From an uncultured Candidatus Binatia bacterium (GTDB lineage Bacteria; Desulfobacterota; Binatia; UBA9968; JAJDTQ01), in assembly GCA_964291295.2 (NCBI GenBank), contig OZ219754.1, positions 480,001 through 544,000 on the forward strand: a stretch of 64,000 bases of DNA, read 5' to 3'. A program made the position numbers and the translations under genes. The first letter of the stretch is position 1. Every line of letters starts with the position of its first letter. The notes beneath the pieces were generated by a model. That model had not been told where the DNA came from and ran no database searches. It was given only the letters and a program-made list of their open reading frames with translations. Positions 29,519-40,974 of this stretch are shown here, piece after piece.

Positions 29519-30387
29519 ATGCCCTTGACGGACGAGGACGAACAGGAGATCGATCAAGCTCTCCAGGCTTGGCGTCAGGGAGATGTCTCGCTGGACGCCG
29601 ACTTGGAATTTCTTCATGTCGCCGATCTTTCGCGTCCGCATAGTCCGGCTTCCGTTCAGGTGGCTGACGCGCCAGCGGCAGACGGAGAGGTCATAGAGGG
29701 CGGGGCTGCGGCCATACTGGACGAAGTGCGTGGCGTGGTGATGCTCAGCCAGACCTCGATATCGTTCGCGGCTGCCGCACCCGGCCATTCCTTGAGGTTG
29801 CGCCCTTGGTCGAGGTGGATGAGCATCGGATGGAAGAGGTCCGTCGCCTCAAGCGGCCTGCGTTTGCTTGTATCCCCAAACTCTCCGACCAACGACTTGT
29901 TGCCGACCTCGACCGCGTCATGACCGTCGAAAAGGCCGTGGTCGCCGGTTGGGCACGTACTGCTGGCTGGGAGACAGATATCGAGGTGCGAGAGTTCGCC
30001 CGAGCTCTTGCTCGAAAGAAATCCCGGTTCGCGTTTCCCGACGACTTCGTTGCAGCAGCCCGGAGCTTTCAGGCCCACTTGGTCGACAGGCACAACAAAC
30101 AGACCGAAGAGGGCGCATATCTCCGGGCGCTTGGCGAAATCCGAGTACGCGCCGCGCCATCTTGGGACGACAAAGACGTTCAGTCAAGCTGGTGGTTCAT
30201 CAAGGATGCAGACCCGGTGGGCGTGCCGGTGGATTGGCCTGCATTGCTCGACCAATGGCTTGCCCTCTTCGACCAGACCGGTCGGTTCCGGCTCGATCCA
30301 CCGATTGCCTGCCGGCTAGAGGACATGACAGCGCGTGATTACATCGAGAGTGATCGTCTCGATCTTGACCGTCTGTCTGCCGCCTGA
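29519..30387 (+). pseudogene. Single frameshifted gene (WRQGD...SQTCD type, PemK/MazF-like fold by inference)
   Basis: ORFs 29519-29923 and 29806-30387 join into VVMLSQT(C)DIVRGCRTRPFLEVAPLVEVDE if one base is restored at about 29756 (ACC TC GAT). Confidence 0.75.
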
Positions 30388-30741
30388 ACAGCACGGCGCT
30401 CACGACAGGAAAATTTCCTCCTATCGCAGCAGGTATGGCGAAGATCGTGTAGCCTCAAACGTCCATTGCCGGGCGGGTCAGCCAACCCGTATCATGAAAA
30501 CAGGTGCCGGGCGCGCGGGATTTCGGGCTTATACGGGGTTGCCTACCGGTCACGGGCCGCAAGACGGGCGCCGCAGACGGCGAGTATCGGACGCCTCGTG
30601 GACGGAATCCTGTGAGGTGAGGAATTCGCGTACAAGTTTGGGTTTCCGATGGGTTATACTGTCGACGGCGTGCCGACTGGGGACGATTGGGTTCCTCAAT
30701 CTCCTTGGATTACTCGATATTCAATCAGCCAATGCAATCGC

Positions 30742-30810
30742 TCAAGAGAAAGCCCAGAGCCGGGCCTCGAACCCGAGGTTGGCGCTGTTGTTGTCCGCTT
30801 GCTTTGCCAT
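30742..30810 (-). pseudogene. N-terminal stub of a type I R-M modification subunit (HsdM-like)
   Basis: MAKQADNNSANLGFEARLWA then a stop two codons later; ANLGFExxLWxAADxLR is the usual HsdM N-terminus. Confidence 0.65.
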
Positions 30811-31023
30811 GCGGTCCCTGACCGTTACTTTCCGACGGAGGCGCAGTTTGCCTGGTCGGCTCCATGAACGCCACGTTGGTCCTGTCCGACGCAGGCCGAT
30901 ATTCGGCAGTAGGCCATGTCGATGTTCTCAGGCAGTCGACGCTGCACGGCAGATCAGCATTATACGGGTCATGGGGGCCGGATGGGTCCATGTCGCCCGA
31001 TTCGCCGTCCAGTCAACGGACGG

Positions 31024-32400
31024 TCACAACCAGTCCAGGGGCGGGCGTCCGGTCGGCGCATCCGGGTCACCATCCAACTCTATGCCGTCCGTCCGCACAG
31101 TCCCCTCGGGTCTCACGCAAAGGGGCATTCGCTCTCCCTCGGGTGGGAGGGACGGCCCGCCGGTGAACGAGAACTCGAGCATCGCGGCCAACATATCACC
31201 CTGCTCCGCCTCGTCCGGCATTGGAGGCGCCTCGGTCTTGTACCCCCTGGCTCGCGTGATGACGGCAGCGGCCGGCGTGGCGGCTGCCTGCAGTGGGCCG
31301 TCGTCGAGGTGGGCATAGATCGCGGTGGTCTCTCGCTGGCGGTGTCCGAGCAGCCGTCCGACGGTGCTGAGCCCGACGCCGTTCATGACGCCATGGGAGG
31401 CCCAGGTGTGGCAGCAGTCGTGGATACGAAGACCCGGAAGCCCCGCCTCTTCGCGGATACGAACCCAGAAGGTGTAGAGCCTTGCGGTCGTGAGGTCGTC
31501 GGGAAACACCCGCTCCCGGCCATCCGGCCGTAGCAGCGCCTCGACCAGCCTTGCCGCTTCCGGCCCGAGCCAGATGCTGCGGGGGCCGGTCCTGGAATCT
31601 TCGATGCGCGCGCTCGCGCCGTCTCCGGTCAGCTCTCCGATCTCGTCCCACCTGAGATTGATGACTTCGGAGAGCCGTGCTCCGGTCAGGGCCAGCAGCC
31701 GGATCGCCGCGACCGGCCAAGAGTGCTCTTTCCGGTGCCGGTCGAGCACCGCGCCGAGACGCTCCAACTCTTCGCGGCTGAGATAACGCGCGACAGGCTT
31801 GCGGGGGTTCTTCACGATGTTGGCGCAGGCGTCTGGGACGTGCTCGCCGAGGTCGCCCCACCGGCGGGCGGTTCTGAGCATGGCGCGCAGTATCTCGAAG
31901 GCGCGGTTGGCCGCGCCGGGCCTGTCCGCGCTGGCGGCGTCGAACCTCGCCGAGACCCGCGCAGGGTCGATGGCGTCGAGCCGGAGCCTGCCGAAATGCG
32001 GCATCAGGCGGTTCTTCAGGTAGATGTCGAAGGTCACGAGCGAGGACGGTTTCCAGCGGTGTTTCCGCCGCGAGCGGTAACGGGCGGCGAAGTCCCGGAA
32101 CAGCGGCGCCTTCTCCTTGCGCGGCGGCGTCACGTCCTCGCCGCCCCACAGGCGGGCGAGCACGGCCGCGCCTTCCCGGCGGGCCGCGTCGAGAGGCAGT
32201 TCGGGGAAGCGCCCGAGGGTGATCTTGCGCATGCGTCCTTTCACGCGGGTCTGGACGATCCAGGACCGGACGCCGGAGGGCTGCACCCTGACCCCGAAAT
32301 GCGCCAGCAGACTGTCCCACAGGGTGTATTCCCGTTCCGCCGGCTTCGCGGCGGCGACGGCCTTCACGGTGAGCCGGATACGATGCCTGCTGCCGCTCAT
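31024..32400 (-). CDS. Tyrosine recombinase/integrase with arm-binding domain, probably inactive
   Basis: LTGARLSE, LLGH...TTAIYAH present, but HxxR reads HDCC and DSKTG reads DSRTG. The ORF track fuses it to upstream sequence. Confidence 0.85.
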   Translation of the reverse strand: MSGSRHRIRLTVKAVAAAKPAEREYTLWDSLLAHFGVRVQPSGVRSWIVQTRVKGRMRKITLGRFPELPLDAARREGAAVLARLWGGEDVTPPRKEKAPLFRDFAARYRSRRKHRWKPSSLVTFDIYLKNRLMPHFGRLRLDAIDPARVSARFDAASADRPGAANRAFEILRAMLRTARRWGDLGEHVPDACANIVKNPRKPVARYLSREELERLGAVLDRHRKEHSWPVAAIRLLALTGARLSEVINLRWDEIGELTGDGASARIEDSRTGPRSIWLGPEAARLVEALLRPDGRERVFPDDLTTARLYTFWVRIREEAGLPGLRIHDCCHTWASHGVMNGVGLSTVGRLLGHRQRETTAIYAHLDDGPLQAAATPAAAVITRARGYKTEAPPMPDEAEQGDMLAAMLEFSFTGGPSLPPEGERMPLCVRPEGTVRTDGIELDGDPDAPTGRPPLDWL

Positions 32401-33243
32401 CGCCCGCTCCCCTTCCCGGTCATGGCCTCGTGAACGATGCCGGAGATGCGCCCGGCCGCCTCGCGGACATGTTCGTCGGCGAGATGGGCGTAGCGTTCGG
32501 TGGAAGCGGCATCGGCATGGCCGAGCAGGCGGCCGACGGTGTAGAGGTCGAGACCGCTCATCACGGCATGGGCGGCGAGACCGCGCAGCTTCTGCCAGCG
32601 GAAGCCGAGATCGGTCATCGGGCCGCCGCCCTTCCTGTTCGGGAAAATGAACCTTCCCTCGCGCGGCACTGTCCTGTAGCGCCGCATGTTGCGGCAGGGG
32701 TTGTATCCCTGCGAGCGAAGGTCCCAGAGCTCCGCCTGCCGCATCATCACCGACAGCACCGGCAGGGTCCGGTTGGCGCTGCCGGGGGCTCCGCTGAGGG
32801 AATCGAACCAGCGCCGCACATCGGCGCGGTCGATCCCGGCGACGTGCATCGCGCCGAAGAAGGGCACAAGGCGGCGCTCGATCAGGTGGGCGTTGCCCGT
32901 CCTCGTGGAGGGCTTCCAGCGCCGCCCTTGGCGGCGCTGGAAGTAGGCCGCGAAATCGGCGAACAGCGGCCCGCTCTCGTGGTCGGCCCTGGCTTCGGTG
33001 ATGGCGGCAAGGGCCTTCTCCCTTGCCTCGGCGGCGGTCATGTCGTCGGCCGTGCCGAGGACGGTTCGGGACGCCGACGGGGCGCAGGGCCCGGACGAAG
33101 AAGGTCTTCGTCCCGTTCCTGGCGACGGTGAAGCCGAAGGCGGGCAGATCCCTGTCGATGACGGTCAGGCCGTATCGTCCGGGTTTCTTCTCCCTGAAGG
33201 TGCGGCGGACCGTCCGCTCGTTGATGGTGGCGTGGATGCGCAT
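32397..33243 (-). pseudogene. Tyrosine integrase pseudogene (frameshift plus two internal deletions)
   Basis: Frameshift near 33066; lacks the TGxR box and HDLRH; retains LLGH...TERYAHL. Confidence 0.85.
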
Positions 33244-33613
33244 GGGCGTGTCTCCGTTGTCTGTTCCCTCGGGCGCCGTCCGTCCCGGGGGAACGGAACG
33301 ACACTTTTGAACCGACAACGCGACCCGCGCGGGGGACCGCGGCCAGAGGCCGAGTCAGGCCCAACCATCTGTCACGCAACGGAAAACTCCCGACCGATGC
33401 GGGCCGGCCCGGCCTCGCTCTCTGCATCAACGATGCGTGTGGTTGTGAGAACCACTGCGCCGCAGGGCATTCCAATCGCGATTCCTGACCGCTCAACCCG
33501 TCAGGCGATGCAAGCCGTTGTGCCATCGGCATTCCGTTTTCAGGCTCACTTTGCTTCGGACAAGACTCCGGATGGACTCCCCGGCGCCGGGACTGGTAAC
33601 ATGGGTCGGAAAG

Positions 33614-34744
33614 ATGGCCTTCTACCTGCACATCGACATGGACTCCTTCTACGTGTCCGTGGAGCGCGTCCTGGACCCTTCGCTGGAGGGCAGGCCGGTG
33701 ATGGTAGGCGGTGCCGGCCGCGGGGTGGTCACCTCCGCGTCCTACGAAGCCCGGCACTACGGCGTCCGGTCGGCCATGCCGGGATTCCAGGCGCGCCGGC
33801 TGTGCCCGGACGGGATCTTCGTTCCCGCCCAGCACAGGCGCTACAGCGAATTTTCCATAAAAGTGTTCGACCTGCTGCGGTGCTTTTCGCCGGACGTCCG
33901 GGCCTTTTCCATCGACGAGGCACTGGTGGACCTGACCGGAACGGAACGGCTCATGGGCCACCCCGTGCGCACGGCGCACAAGATCATCGAGCGCATCAAG
34001 GGCGATCTGGGACTGCCGTCGTCCGGCGGGCTGGCCACCCATCCGACTCTGGCGAAAATCGCCGCCACCGCGGTCAAACCCCGGGGCCTGCTCTACGTAC
34101 CACCGGGTTCCGAGGCGCGCTTCGTCGGCCCGCTGGACGTTGCCGTGGTCCCCGGCATCGGTCCCAAGGCGCGCCGTGAACTGGCGGACCGCGGCATCAA
34201 CACCGTGGGCCGGCTTCTCGCCCATCCCGGGCCGGGGCGGCGCTATCTCGATCTCGAACACCCGCCGCGGAGCGCCCGCGCCCAGGAGCACTCCATCGGA
34301 AGCGAGACCACGCCGTCACGGCCGTTCACCAATGCGGCGGACATGGAACAGGTGCTGGGCGGGCTCGTGGGAGAGGTGGCGGCCCGGCTGCGCCGCCAAG
34401 GCGGACGGGCCCGCCGCATCACCTTGAAGCTCCGCTACGCCGACTTCCGGACCGTCACCCGCTCGCGCACCCTGAAGGCGCCCACCTGCTTCGACGTGGA
34501 GATCTTCAAGGTCGCGCGGGAACTGCTGGCAAAGAACCGGGTGGCCGGCAGGCCGGTGCGGCTTGTCGGCATCAGCGCCAGCGGCATTGTCACCGGGGGA
34601 TGGCAAGAGTCCATCTTCGACCATCGGGAACAGGCGTCCATGGACCGGCTCTACAGGGATATCGACCGGCTGCGCCACAAGTACGGCGAGCAGGCCGTGA
34701 CTCTCGGGGCGGGGAAGCGCCGCTCCCACCGGATTCAGGCATGA
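33614..34744 (+). CDS. dinB: DNA polymerase IV
   Basis: [34 protein letters not shown]. Confidence 0.95.
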   Translation: MAFYLHIDMDSFYVSVERVLDPSLEGRPVMVGGAGRGVVTSASYEARHYGVRSAMPGFQARRLCPDGIFVPAQHRRYSEFSIKVFDLLRCFSPDVRAFSIDEALVDLTGTERLMGHPVRTAHKIIERIKGDLGLPSSGGLATHPTLAKIAATAVKPRGLLYVPPGSEARFVGPLDVAVVPGIGPKARRELADRGINTVGRLLAHPGPGRRYLDLEHPPRSARAQEHSIGSETTPSRPFTNAADMEQVLGGLVGEVAARLRRQGGRARRITLKLRYADFRTVTRSRTLKAPTCFDVEIFKVARELLAKNRVAGRPVRLVGISASGIVTGGWQESIFDHREQASMDRLYRDIDRLRHKYGEQAVTLGAGKRRSHRIQA

Positions 34745-35826
34745 CCGGCACGTCGTCACCGCACCCGTTCCTCGCCGCCTGCCGGCGCGGCAAGACCCTC
34801 TACACGCCGGTCTGGATCATGCGTCAGGCCGGGCGCTACATGAAAGAGTACCGCGACGTGCGCGCCAGGGTCGGCTTTCTCGAACTGTGCAAGACCCCGG
34901 ACCTGGTGGCGGAGGTGACGGTGACGCCGGTGGAGCGCCTCAACGTCGACGCCGCCATCCTCTTCGCCGACATCCTGCTGCTGCTGGAGCCCATGGGGGT
35001 GGGGCTGGAATACGCCGCAGGCGGGCCGGTGATCCATCGGCCGGTGAGGACCGGCAGCGACATCGACGGGCTGCGCGATCCGATGCCGGAAGCGTCTCTC
35101 TCGTATGTGTGCGATGCCGTTCGCCGCACCCGCACGGCGCTGGCCGGACGCGTGCCGCTGATCGGTTTCTGCGGCGCCCCCTTCACGCTGGCATCCTACC
35201 TCATCGAGGGCGGCGCCTCGCGCAACTACATCCACACCAAGCGGCTGTTCCACACCGACCCCGGCGCCTGGAACACGCTCATGGAGCGCCTCGTGGACGC
35301 CACCGTTTCTTATGTCAACGCGCAGATCAGGGCCGGCATCGACGCACTCCAGGTCTTCGACAGCTGGGTGGGCTGCCTTGCACCGGACGACTACCGCCAG
35401 CACGTCCTGCCGCACATGCGCCGGCTGATGGCCAAAATCGCGCCCGGCGTCCCCGTCATCCACTTCGGCACCGGCACCTGCGGCCTGCTGGAACTCATGC
35501 GGGAGGCCGGCAGCGACGTGCTCGGCGTGGACTGGCGCGTGGACCTGGACCAGGCCTGGGAACGCGTGGGCCATGACGTGGCCATCCAGGGCAATCTCGA
35601 CCCGGTGGCGCTGTTCGCGCCGCCCGCCGAGATCCGCCGCCGCGTCGGCGCCATCCTCCGGCAGGCGCAGGGCCGCCGCGGCCATATCTTCAACCTTGGC
35701 CACGGCATTCTCCCGGAAACCCCCGTGGACCACGTCAGGGCCATGGTGGACGCGGTGCACGAACTCAGCGAAAAACAACCGCCGGCGGCGGAAAGCGATG
35801 CCTTTCGCCATGAATCCGGGGCATGA
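34741..35826 (+). CDS. hemE: Uroporphyrinogen decarboxylase
   Basis: [40 protein letters not shown]. Confidence 0.97.
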   Translation: MTGTSSPHPFLAACRRGKTLYTPVWIMRQAGRYMKEYRDVRARVGFLELCKTPDLVAEVTVTPVERLNVDAAILFADILLLLEPMGVGLEYAAGGPVIHRPVRTGSDIDGLRDPMPEASLSYVCDAVRRTRTALAGRVPLIGFCGAPFTLASYLIEGGASRNYIHTKRLFHTDPGAWNTLMERLVDATVSYVNAQIRAGIDALQVFDSWVGCLAPDDYRQHVLPHMRRLMAKIAPGVPVIHFGTGTCGLLELMREAGSDVLGVDWRVDLDQAWERVGHDVAIQGNLDPVALFAPPAEIRRRVGAILRQAQGRRGHIFNLGHGILPETPVDHVRAMVDAVHELSEKQPPAAESDAFRHESGA

Positions 35827-35856
35827 CCCCGCGGCCGGGTGCAGTCCGTGGCGGGT

Positions 35857-37281
35857 GTGACCCGGGAGATCATCGTCATCGGCGGGGGTATCGCCGGCTT
35901 AGCCGCGGCGCATCGGCTGACGGAACTGGGCCGCGCCGGGGCGCTCAAACTCCGGGTCACGCTGCTGGAAGCCGCCGGCCGCCTCGGCGGCGTCATCGCC
36001 ACGGAGCATGCCCGGGGCCTGCTGCTGGAACTCGGTCCGGACTCCTGCATTACCGACAAACCGGCCGCGCTGCGCCTCTGCCAGCGGCTGGGCCTGACCG
36101 ATCGCCTCATCGCACCGCGGCACGCCGGTCTGAAGCTTTACACGGTACACCGGGGCCGCCTGGAGCCGCTGCCCGAAGGATTCCTGTTGATGGCTCCCAC
36201 ACGCGCGGCGCCGCTGCTGCGAAGCCCCCTGTTCTCCCTTGGCGGCAAGCTGCGCATGGCACTGGAGCCCCTGGTCCCGAGACGCGGCGACGACGGCGAC
36301 GAGAGCCTGGCGTCGTTCGTGCGCCGCCGGCTGGGCCGGGAAGTGCTGGAACGGGTGGCGCAGCCCCTCATCGGCGGCATCTACGCCTCCGACCCGGCGA
36401 CCCTGAGCCTGGCCGCCACCATGCCGCGCTTCCCGGACATGGAACGCAACCACGGCGGCGTGATCCTCGGCACCCGCCGGGCGCAGAAGCGCCGGGCACA
36501 GGCCGCCGGCGAGACCGGAGCGCGCTGGAGCCTCTTCATCAGCATCGACGGCGGCATGGAGGTGCTCGTGCACCGGATCCAGGAGGTCCTGGAGTCCAGC
36601 GACATCCGTCTTGGCGAAACGGTCCGGGAGCTGTCCTGGAACGGGGCCGCCCGCGGCTGGCGCGTGGAAACCGGCGGCACCGGCTTCGCGGCGGACGCCG
36701 TCATCTGTACGCTGCCGGCCTTCGCCGCGGCCGCCGCGGTGACAACGCTGGACCCGGAACTGGCCGGTGAGCTGCGGGCCATTCCCTTCTCGTCCACCGC
36801 CACGGTCAATCTGGCCTACCGCAGGAGAGACATCGCCCATCCCCTCGACGGATACGGTTTCGTGGTGCCGCACGTGGAAGGGCGAAAGATCATGGCCTGC
36901 ACCTTCAGCAGCGTGAAGTACGCCGGAAGGGCTCCGGAAGAGACCGCACTGCTGCGCTGCTTCGCCGGCGGCGCCCTGCGGCCCGAACTGCTGGAGCAGC
37001 CGGACAGCTCTCTCGAAGCCCGGGTGCGGAGCGACCTGGAAGACCTCCTCGGCATATCCGCCGCACCGGTGCTCTGCCGCACCACCCGCTATCCGCGGGC
37101 CATGCCCCAGTACCAGGTCGGCCACCTGGAGCGCATGGCGAGAATCGAAGCCCGGCTCGCGCGCTTTCCCACCCTCGCCCTGGCCGGCAAGAGCTACCGC
37201 GGCGTGGGCATGGCCGATTGCATCCACGGCGGCGAAACAGCCGCCGAGGGCATCGTGGAGCGGCTCACGCGGGGGGCGTGA
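35857..37281 (+). CDS. hemG: Protoporphyrinogen/coproporphyrinogen oxidase (HemY type)
   Basis: IGGGIAGL, ELGPDS, AMPQY.VGH, YRGVGMADC. Confidence 0.93.
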   Translation: MTREIIVIGGGIAGLAAAHRLTELGRAGALKLRVTLLEAAGRLGGVIATEHARGLLLELGPDSCITDKPAALRLCQRLGLTDRLIAPRHAGLKLYTVHRGRLEPLPEGFLLMAPTRAAPLLRSPLFSLGGKLRMALEPLVPRRGDDGDESLASFVRRRLGREVLERVAQPLIGGIYASDPATLSLAATMPRFPDMERNHGGVILGTRRAQKRRAQAAGETGARWSLFISIDGGMEVLVHRIQEVLESSDIRLGETVRELSWNGAARGWRVETGGTGFAADAVICTLPAFAAAAAVTTLDPELAGELRAIPFSSTATVNLAYRRRDIAHPLDGYGFVVPHVEGRKIMACTFSSVKYAGRAPEETALLRCFAGGALRPELLEQPDSSLEARVRSDLEDLLGISAAPVLCRTTRYPRAMPQYQVGHLERMARIEARLARFPTLALAGKSYRGVGMADCIHGGETAAEGIVERLTRGA

Positions 37282-37287
37282 AGGGGA

Positions 37288-37707
37288 TCATGCCGCCGTT
37301 CCGATCCGCTGTCGGCTCAGAGTCGGCTCGTAGAGCAGCTGGATGACCACACCGTCCGGGTCGGCGCAGTAGAAGGAGGCGCTGCCGTCGCGGTGACGCC
37401 GGAACGGCTTGATGATGGTGACGTCCCGGGCGCGAAACTCGCTCTCGAGTTCCTGGACGCGGTGGATGTCGGAGACGATGAAGCCCAAGTGGTCGAGGGA
37501 CGGGGCGTCGGCAGGCGCCCGGCCTTCAGGCGCTTCATGCAGGGCGAGGTTGTCCGCCCCGGAACTCAGATAGGCGTTCCGGGGGTCGGGTTGCCACACC
37601 ACCTCCATGCCCAGGACGTCCTGGTAGAAGGCCTTGGAGCGCTCGACGTCCTTGACGTTGAGGGCGATGTGGCGCATTCCCATCAAGCCGCTGAGGGCCC
37701 CGGGCAT
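37288..37707 (-). CDS. VOC/glyoxalase family protein
   Basis: MRHIALNV, LDHLGF, FYCADPDG. Confidence 0.88.
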   Translation of the reverse strand: MPGALSGLMGMRHIALNVKDVERSKAFYQDVLGMEVVWQPDPRNAYLSSGADNLALHEAPEGRAPADAPSLDHLGFIVSDIHRVQELESEFRARDVTIIKPFRRHRDGSASFYCADPDGVVIQLLYEPTLSRQRIGTAA

Positions 37708-37767
37708 GGCGTCGTCCTTGTGGGAGCCGCGGCGAGGCCGCCGCACTGCCGGCCTCGCCCGCGGGAA

Positions 37768-38625
37768 TCAGCCGTCGAGTGCGTCCTGGACGGCCCGGGC
37801 CGTGTGGAGCCGGGCCAGATGGGAACGGAACTCGCCGGACGCGTGGATGTCGTCGAGAGCCTCGACACCGTCCGCCACGCCGGCCGCGGCCGCGGCGATG
37901 GCGTCGGCCGTCAGCGCCTTGCCCCTGAGACGGTCTTCCACCGCGGTAGCCCGGAACGGGGTGCCGGCGAGGCCGGTGACACCGATGCCGATGTCGGTGC
38001 AGGTGCCGCCGTCCGTGCGCAGCCACACCGCAATCCCGACGATGGCGAAGCCGGAAGCCTTCTGCCTGACCTTGCGGTGGGCCATGCGGGTGCCGGCGGC
38101 GGGCACGGGAACCGCCAGTCCGGTCAGGATCTCCGCGGGCTCGATGGCGGTGGTCAGGGGGCCGAGGAAAAAGTCCCTGGCGGCCACCGGGCGCGAGCCC
38201 TCCCTGCTCGCCAGCGTCACCTCGGCGTCCAGGGCCAGCAGCGCCGCCGGCCAGTCCGCGGCCGGATCCCCGTGAACCACGCTGCCGCCGATGGTGCCGC
38301 GATTGCGTACCTGCGGGTCGCCGATGCTGCCGGCGGTCAGGGCCAGCAATCCGCAGTGGTCCTTCACGTCGCCGGAGACCGCCACCTGGTGATGCGTCAC
38401 CAGCGCGCCGATGTGAAGGATGCCGCCGTCCAACCGGATGCGGCGCAGCGAATCCAGCCGCTTGAGATCGATGACCACGGCCGGCTGAGCCAGCCGCAGC
38501 TTCATCATGGGCAGCAGGCTGTGCCCCCCGGCCATGACCTTGGCCTCGTCTCCGGCGTCCGCCAGACGGGCCGCCGCCTCCTCAAGGCTGTCCGGAACGA
38601 TGTAATCGAAAGCTGCAGGTATCAT
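37768..38625 (-). CDS. Molybdenum hydroxylase FAD subunit (CoxM-like)
   Basis: AGGHSLLPMMKLR, QVRNRGTIGGS. Confidence 0.92.
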   Translation of the reverse strand: MIPAAFDYIVPDSLEEAAARLADAGDEAKVMAGGHSLLPMMKLRLAQPAVVIDLKRLDSLRRIRLDGGILHIGALVTHHQVAVSGDVKDHCGLLALTAGSIGDPQVRNRGTIGGSVVHGDPAADWPAALLALDAEVTLASREGSRPVAARDFFLGPLTTAIEPAEILTGLAVPVPAAGTRMAHRKVRQKASGFAIVGIAVWLRTDGGTCTDIGIGVTGLAGTPFRATAVEDRLRGKALTADAIAAAAAGVADGVEALDDIHASGEFRSHLARLHTARAVQDALDG

Positions 38626-38637
38626 GATCGGCTCTCG

Positions 38638-40971
38638 CTAGCTGGTCTGCGGGCCGCCCTGGCAAAGGCGCCAGATCTTCTCGGGCTTGAGCGGCATGTC
38701 GATATGGGTGACGCCGAACGGGGCCAGCGCATCCACCACGGCGTTGACGATGGAGGGAGTGGAGCCGATGGTGCCGGCCTCGCCCACTCCCTTGACCCCC
38801 ATGGGATTCACCGGCGACGGGGTCTCCGTGCGGGCGAACTCCAGGGGCGGCAGATCTTCGGCCCGGGCCACCGCGTAGTCCATGAGGCTGCCGGTGACGA
38901 GTTGGCCGTCCTCGTCGTAGACCACCTCTTCCAGGAGCGCCTGGCCGAGCCCCTGGGCAATGCCGCCCTGCACCTGGCCGTCCACGATCAGCGGGTTGAT
39001 GACCTTGCCGCAGTCATCCACCGCGACGTACTTCCGGATCTCGATCTCGCCGCTCCGGGTGTCCACTTCCACCACGCAGATGTGCGTGCCGAAGGGGAAC
39101 GTGAAGTTCGACGGCTCGAACACCGAGGTCGCCTGAAGCCCCGGCTCCATGCCGGCGGGCAGCTTGGTGGCCACATGGGCCTGCAGGGCCACCTCCTGGA
39201 TGGTGATCCCCTTGTCGGGCACCCCCTTGACCGAGAATCTGCCGTCCTCGAACTCCAGGTCGTCGGTGCTGCATTCCAGCACATTGGCGGCGATGGCCTC
39301 GGCCTTCTCCCTGACCTTCTGCGTCGCCATGTACACCGCGGTGCCGCCCACGGAGATGCCGCGGCTCCCGAACGTGCCGATGCCGTTGGGCACCACGGCG
39401 GTGTCGCCGTGCAGCACGGCGATGTCCTCCACAGGAACCCCGAGCTCGTCCGAGACGATCTGCGCGAAGGTCGTCTCCTCTCCCTGGCCGTGGGGCGACA
39501 CGCCGGTGAGCACGGTGGTCTTGCCGGTGAAGTCCAGGCGGACGGTGCCGCTCTCCCAGCCTCCGGCCGGCAGCGCCGCGGACGGCCCCATGGCGCAGAT
39601 CTCGACGTAGGTGGAGAAGCCGATGCCGAGATAGCGCCCCTCCTCCCTCAGCCGCTTCTGCTGCGCGCGCAGCTCCTCGTAACCGACCATCTCCAGAGCC
39701 TTGTCCAGCGCCGCCTGATAATTGCCGCTGTCATAGGCCAGGCCCGTGGCCACCGGCAGCGGGAAATCGGCGGGCTGGGCGAAATTCTTCCGGCGCACCG
39801 CCACCGGATCCATGTCCAGCTCGCGGGCGATCAGGTCGAGGGTACGCTCGATCACCAGCGTGGCTTCGGGTCTGCCGGCGCCGCGGTAGGCGTCGGTGGC
39901 GACCTTGTTGGTGAAAGCGCCGGTGGAACGGAAGCGCAGGGTGGGAATCTTGTAGCAGCCGCTGATCATCAACCCCGTAAGCGGCGGCATTCCCGGGGTG
40001 AGGAGCTGGAGATAGGCGCCGGTGTCCAGCAGGCTGTCGTAGGTGACGCCCAGGATCGTGCCGTCCTTCTTCACCGCCGCTTCCACCGTGCCCACCTGTC
40101 CGCGTCCGTGTATCGTCGCCTGGATGTTCTCGCGCCGGCCTTCGATCCACTTCACCGTGCCCTTGAGCTTCATCGCCAAGTGGGCCAGCAGCGCCTCTTC
40201 CCGATAGACGTTCAGCTTGCATCCGAAGCCGCCGCCCACCTCCGGGGCGATGATCCGGATGCGGTGTTCCGGGAACCCCAGCATGAGCGCCAGCATGGCC
40301 CGGAGCAGATGCGGTATCTGGGTCGAGCTCCAGACGGTCAACTCGTCCTCACCCGGAAAGTACCGGGCCACCACGCCGCGGGTCTCCACCGGAATCGGCG
40401 CCAGCCGCTGGTGGACGAACTTCTGCCTGATGACGACGTCCGCCTCGGCGCGGGCCTTGTCCATGTCCCCGGTGCCGAGCTCGAAGGTGAAGGCCTGGTT
40501 GTCGGGCCACTGGGAATGGACGACAGGGGAGTCCGGCGCAAGCGCCTTTTCCAGGTCCGAGACCACGGGAAGCGGCTCGTAGTCCACCTCGATGAGGTCG
40601 AGGGCATCCCGGGCCGTGTAGGAATCCTCGGCCACCACCGCGGCCACGGGTTCTCCCACGTGCCGGACGTGTTCCCGGGCCAGCACCGGGTGCGGCGGGG
40701 TGCGCAAGGTGGGATTGGCGGCCGCACAGGGCACCGACCCCACGCTGTCGCCGATCTCCGCGCCGGTCACCACGCTGCGGACGCCGGGCAGGGCCCGCGC
40801 CGCGTCCGTGTGGATGCCGTTGATGCGGGCGTGCGCGTGGGGGCTGCGCAGGATCGCCGCGTGGAGGAGGTCCGCCATCCGCAGGTCGTCCACATAGTGC
40901 GAGAGCCCCTGTACCAGGCGAGGGTCTTCACGCCGCCTGACCCTGGTTCCAACAAGCTTGCTTACCGGCAT
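38638..40971 (-). CDS. Molybdenum hydroxylase large subunit (form II CoxL-like)
   Basis: VGGGFG.K, active-site loop AYRGAGR (form II, not form I AYxCSFR), KGVGE. Confidence 0.92.
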   Translation of the reverse strand: MPVSKLVGTRVRRREDPRLVQGLSHYVDDLRMADLLHAAILRSPHAHARINGIHTDAARALPGVRSVVTGAEIGDSVGSVPCAAANPTLRTPPHPVLAREHVRHVGEPVAAVVAEDSYTARDALDLIEVDYEPLPVVSDLEKALAPDSPVVHSQWPDNQAFTFELGTGDMDKARAEADVVIRQKFVHQRLAPIPVETRGVVARYFPGEDELTVWSSTQIPHLLRAMLALMLGFPEHRIRIIAPEVGGGFGCKLNVYREEALLAHLAMKLKGTVKWIEGRRENIQATIHGRGQVGTVEAAVKKDGTILGVTYDSLLDTGAYLQLLTPGMPPLTGLMISGCYKIPTLRFRSTGAFTNKVATDAYRGAGRPEATLVIERTLDLIARELDMDPVAVRRKNFAQPADFPLPVATGLAYDSGNYQAALDKALEMVGYEELRAQQKRLREEGRYLGIGFSTYVEICAMGPSAALPAGGWESGTVRLDFTGKTTVLTGVSPHGQGEETTFAQIVSDELGVPVEDIAVLHGDTAVVPNGIGTFGSRGISVGGTAVYMATQKVREKAEAIAANVLECSTDDLEFEDGRFSVKGVPDKGITIQEVALQAHVATKLPAGMEPGLQATSVFEPSNFTFPFGTHICVVEVDTRSGEIEIRKYVAVDDCGKVINPLIVDGQVQGGIAQGLGQALLEEVVYDEDGQLVTGSLMDYAVARAEDLPPLEFARTETPSPVNPMGVKGVGEAGTIGSTPSIVNAVVDALAPFGVTHIDMPLKPEKIWRLCQGGPQTS

Positions 40972-40974
40972 GGC

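Noticed and set aside
31024-33318. 764-aa single integrase in the ORF track
   Set aside because: Artefactual read-through of the frameshifted first integrase into the second.
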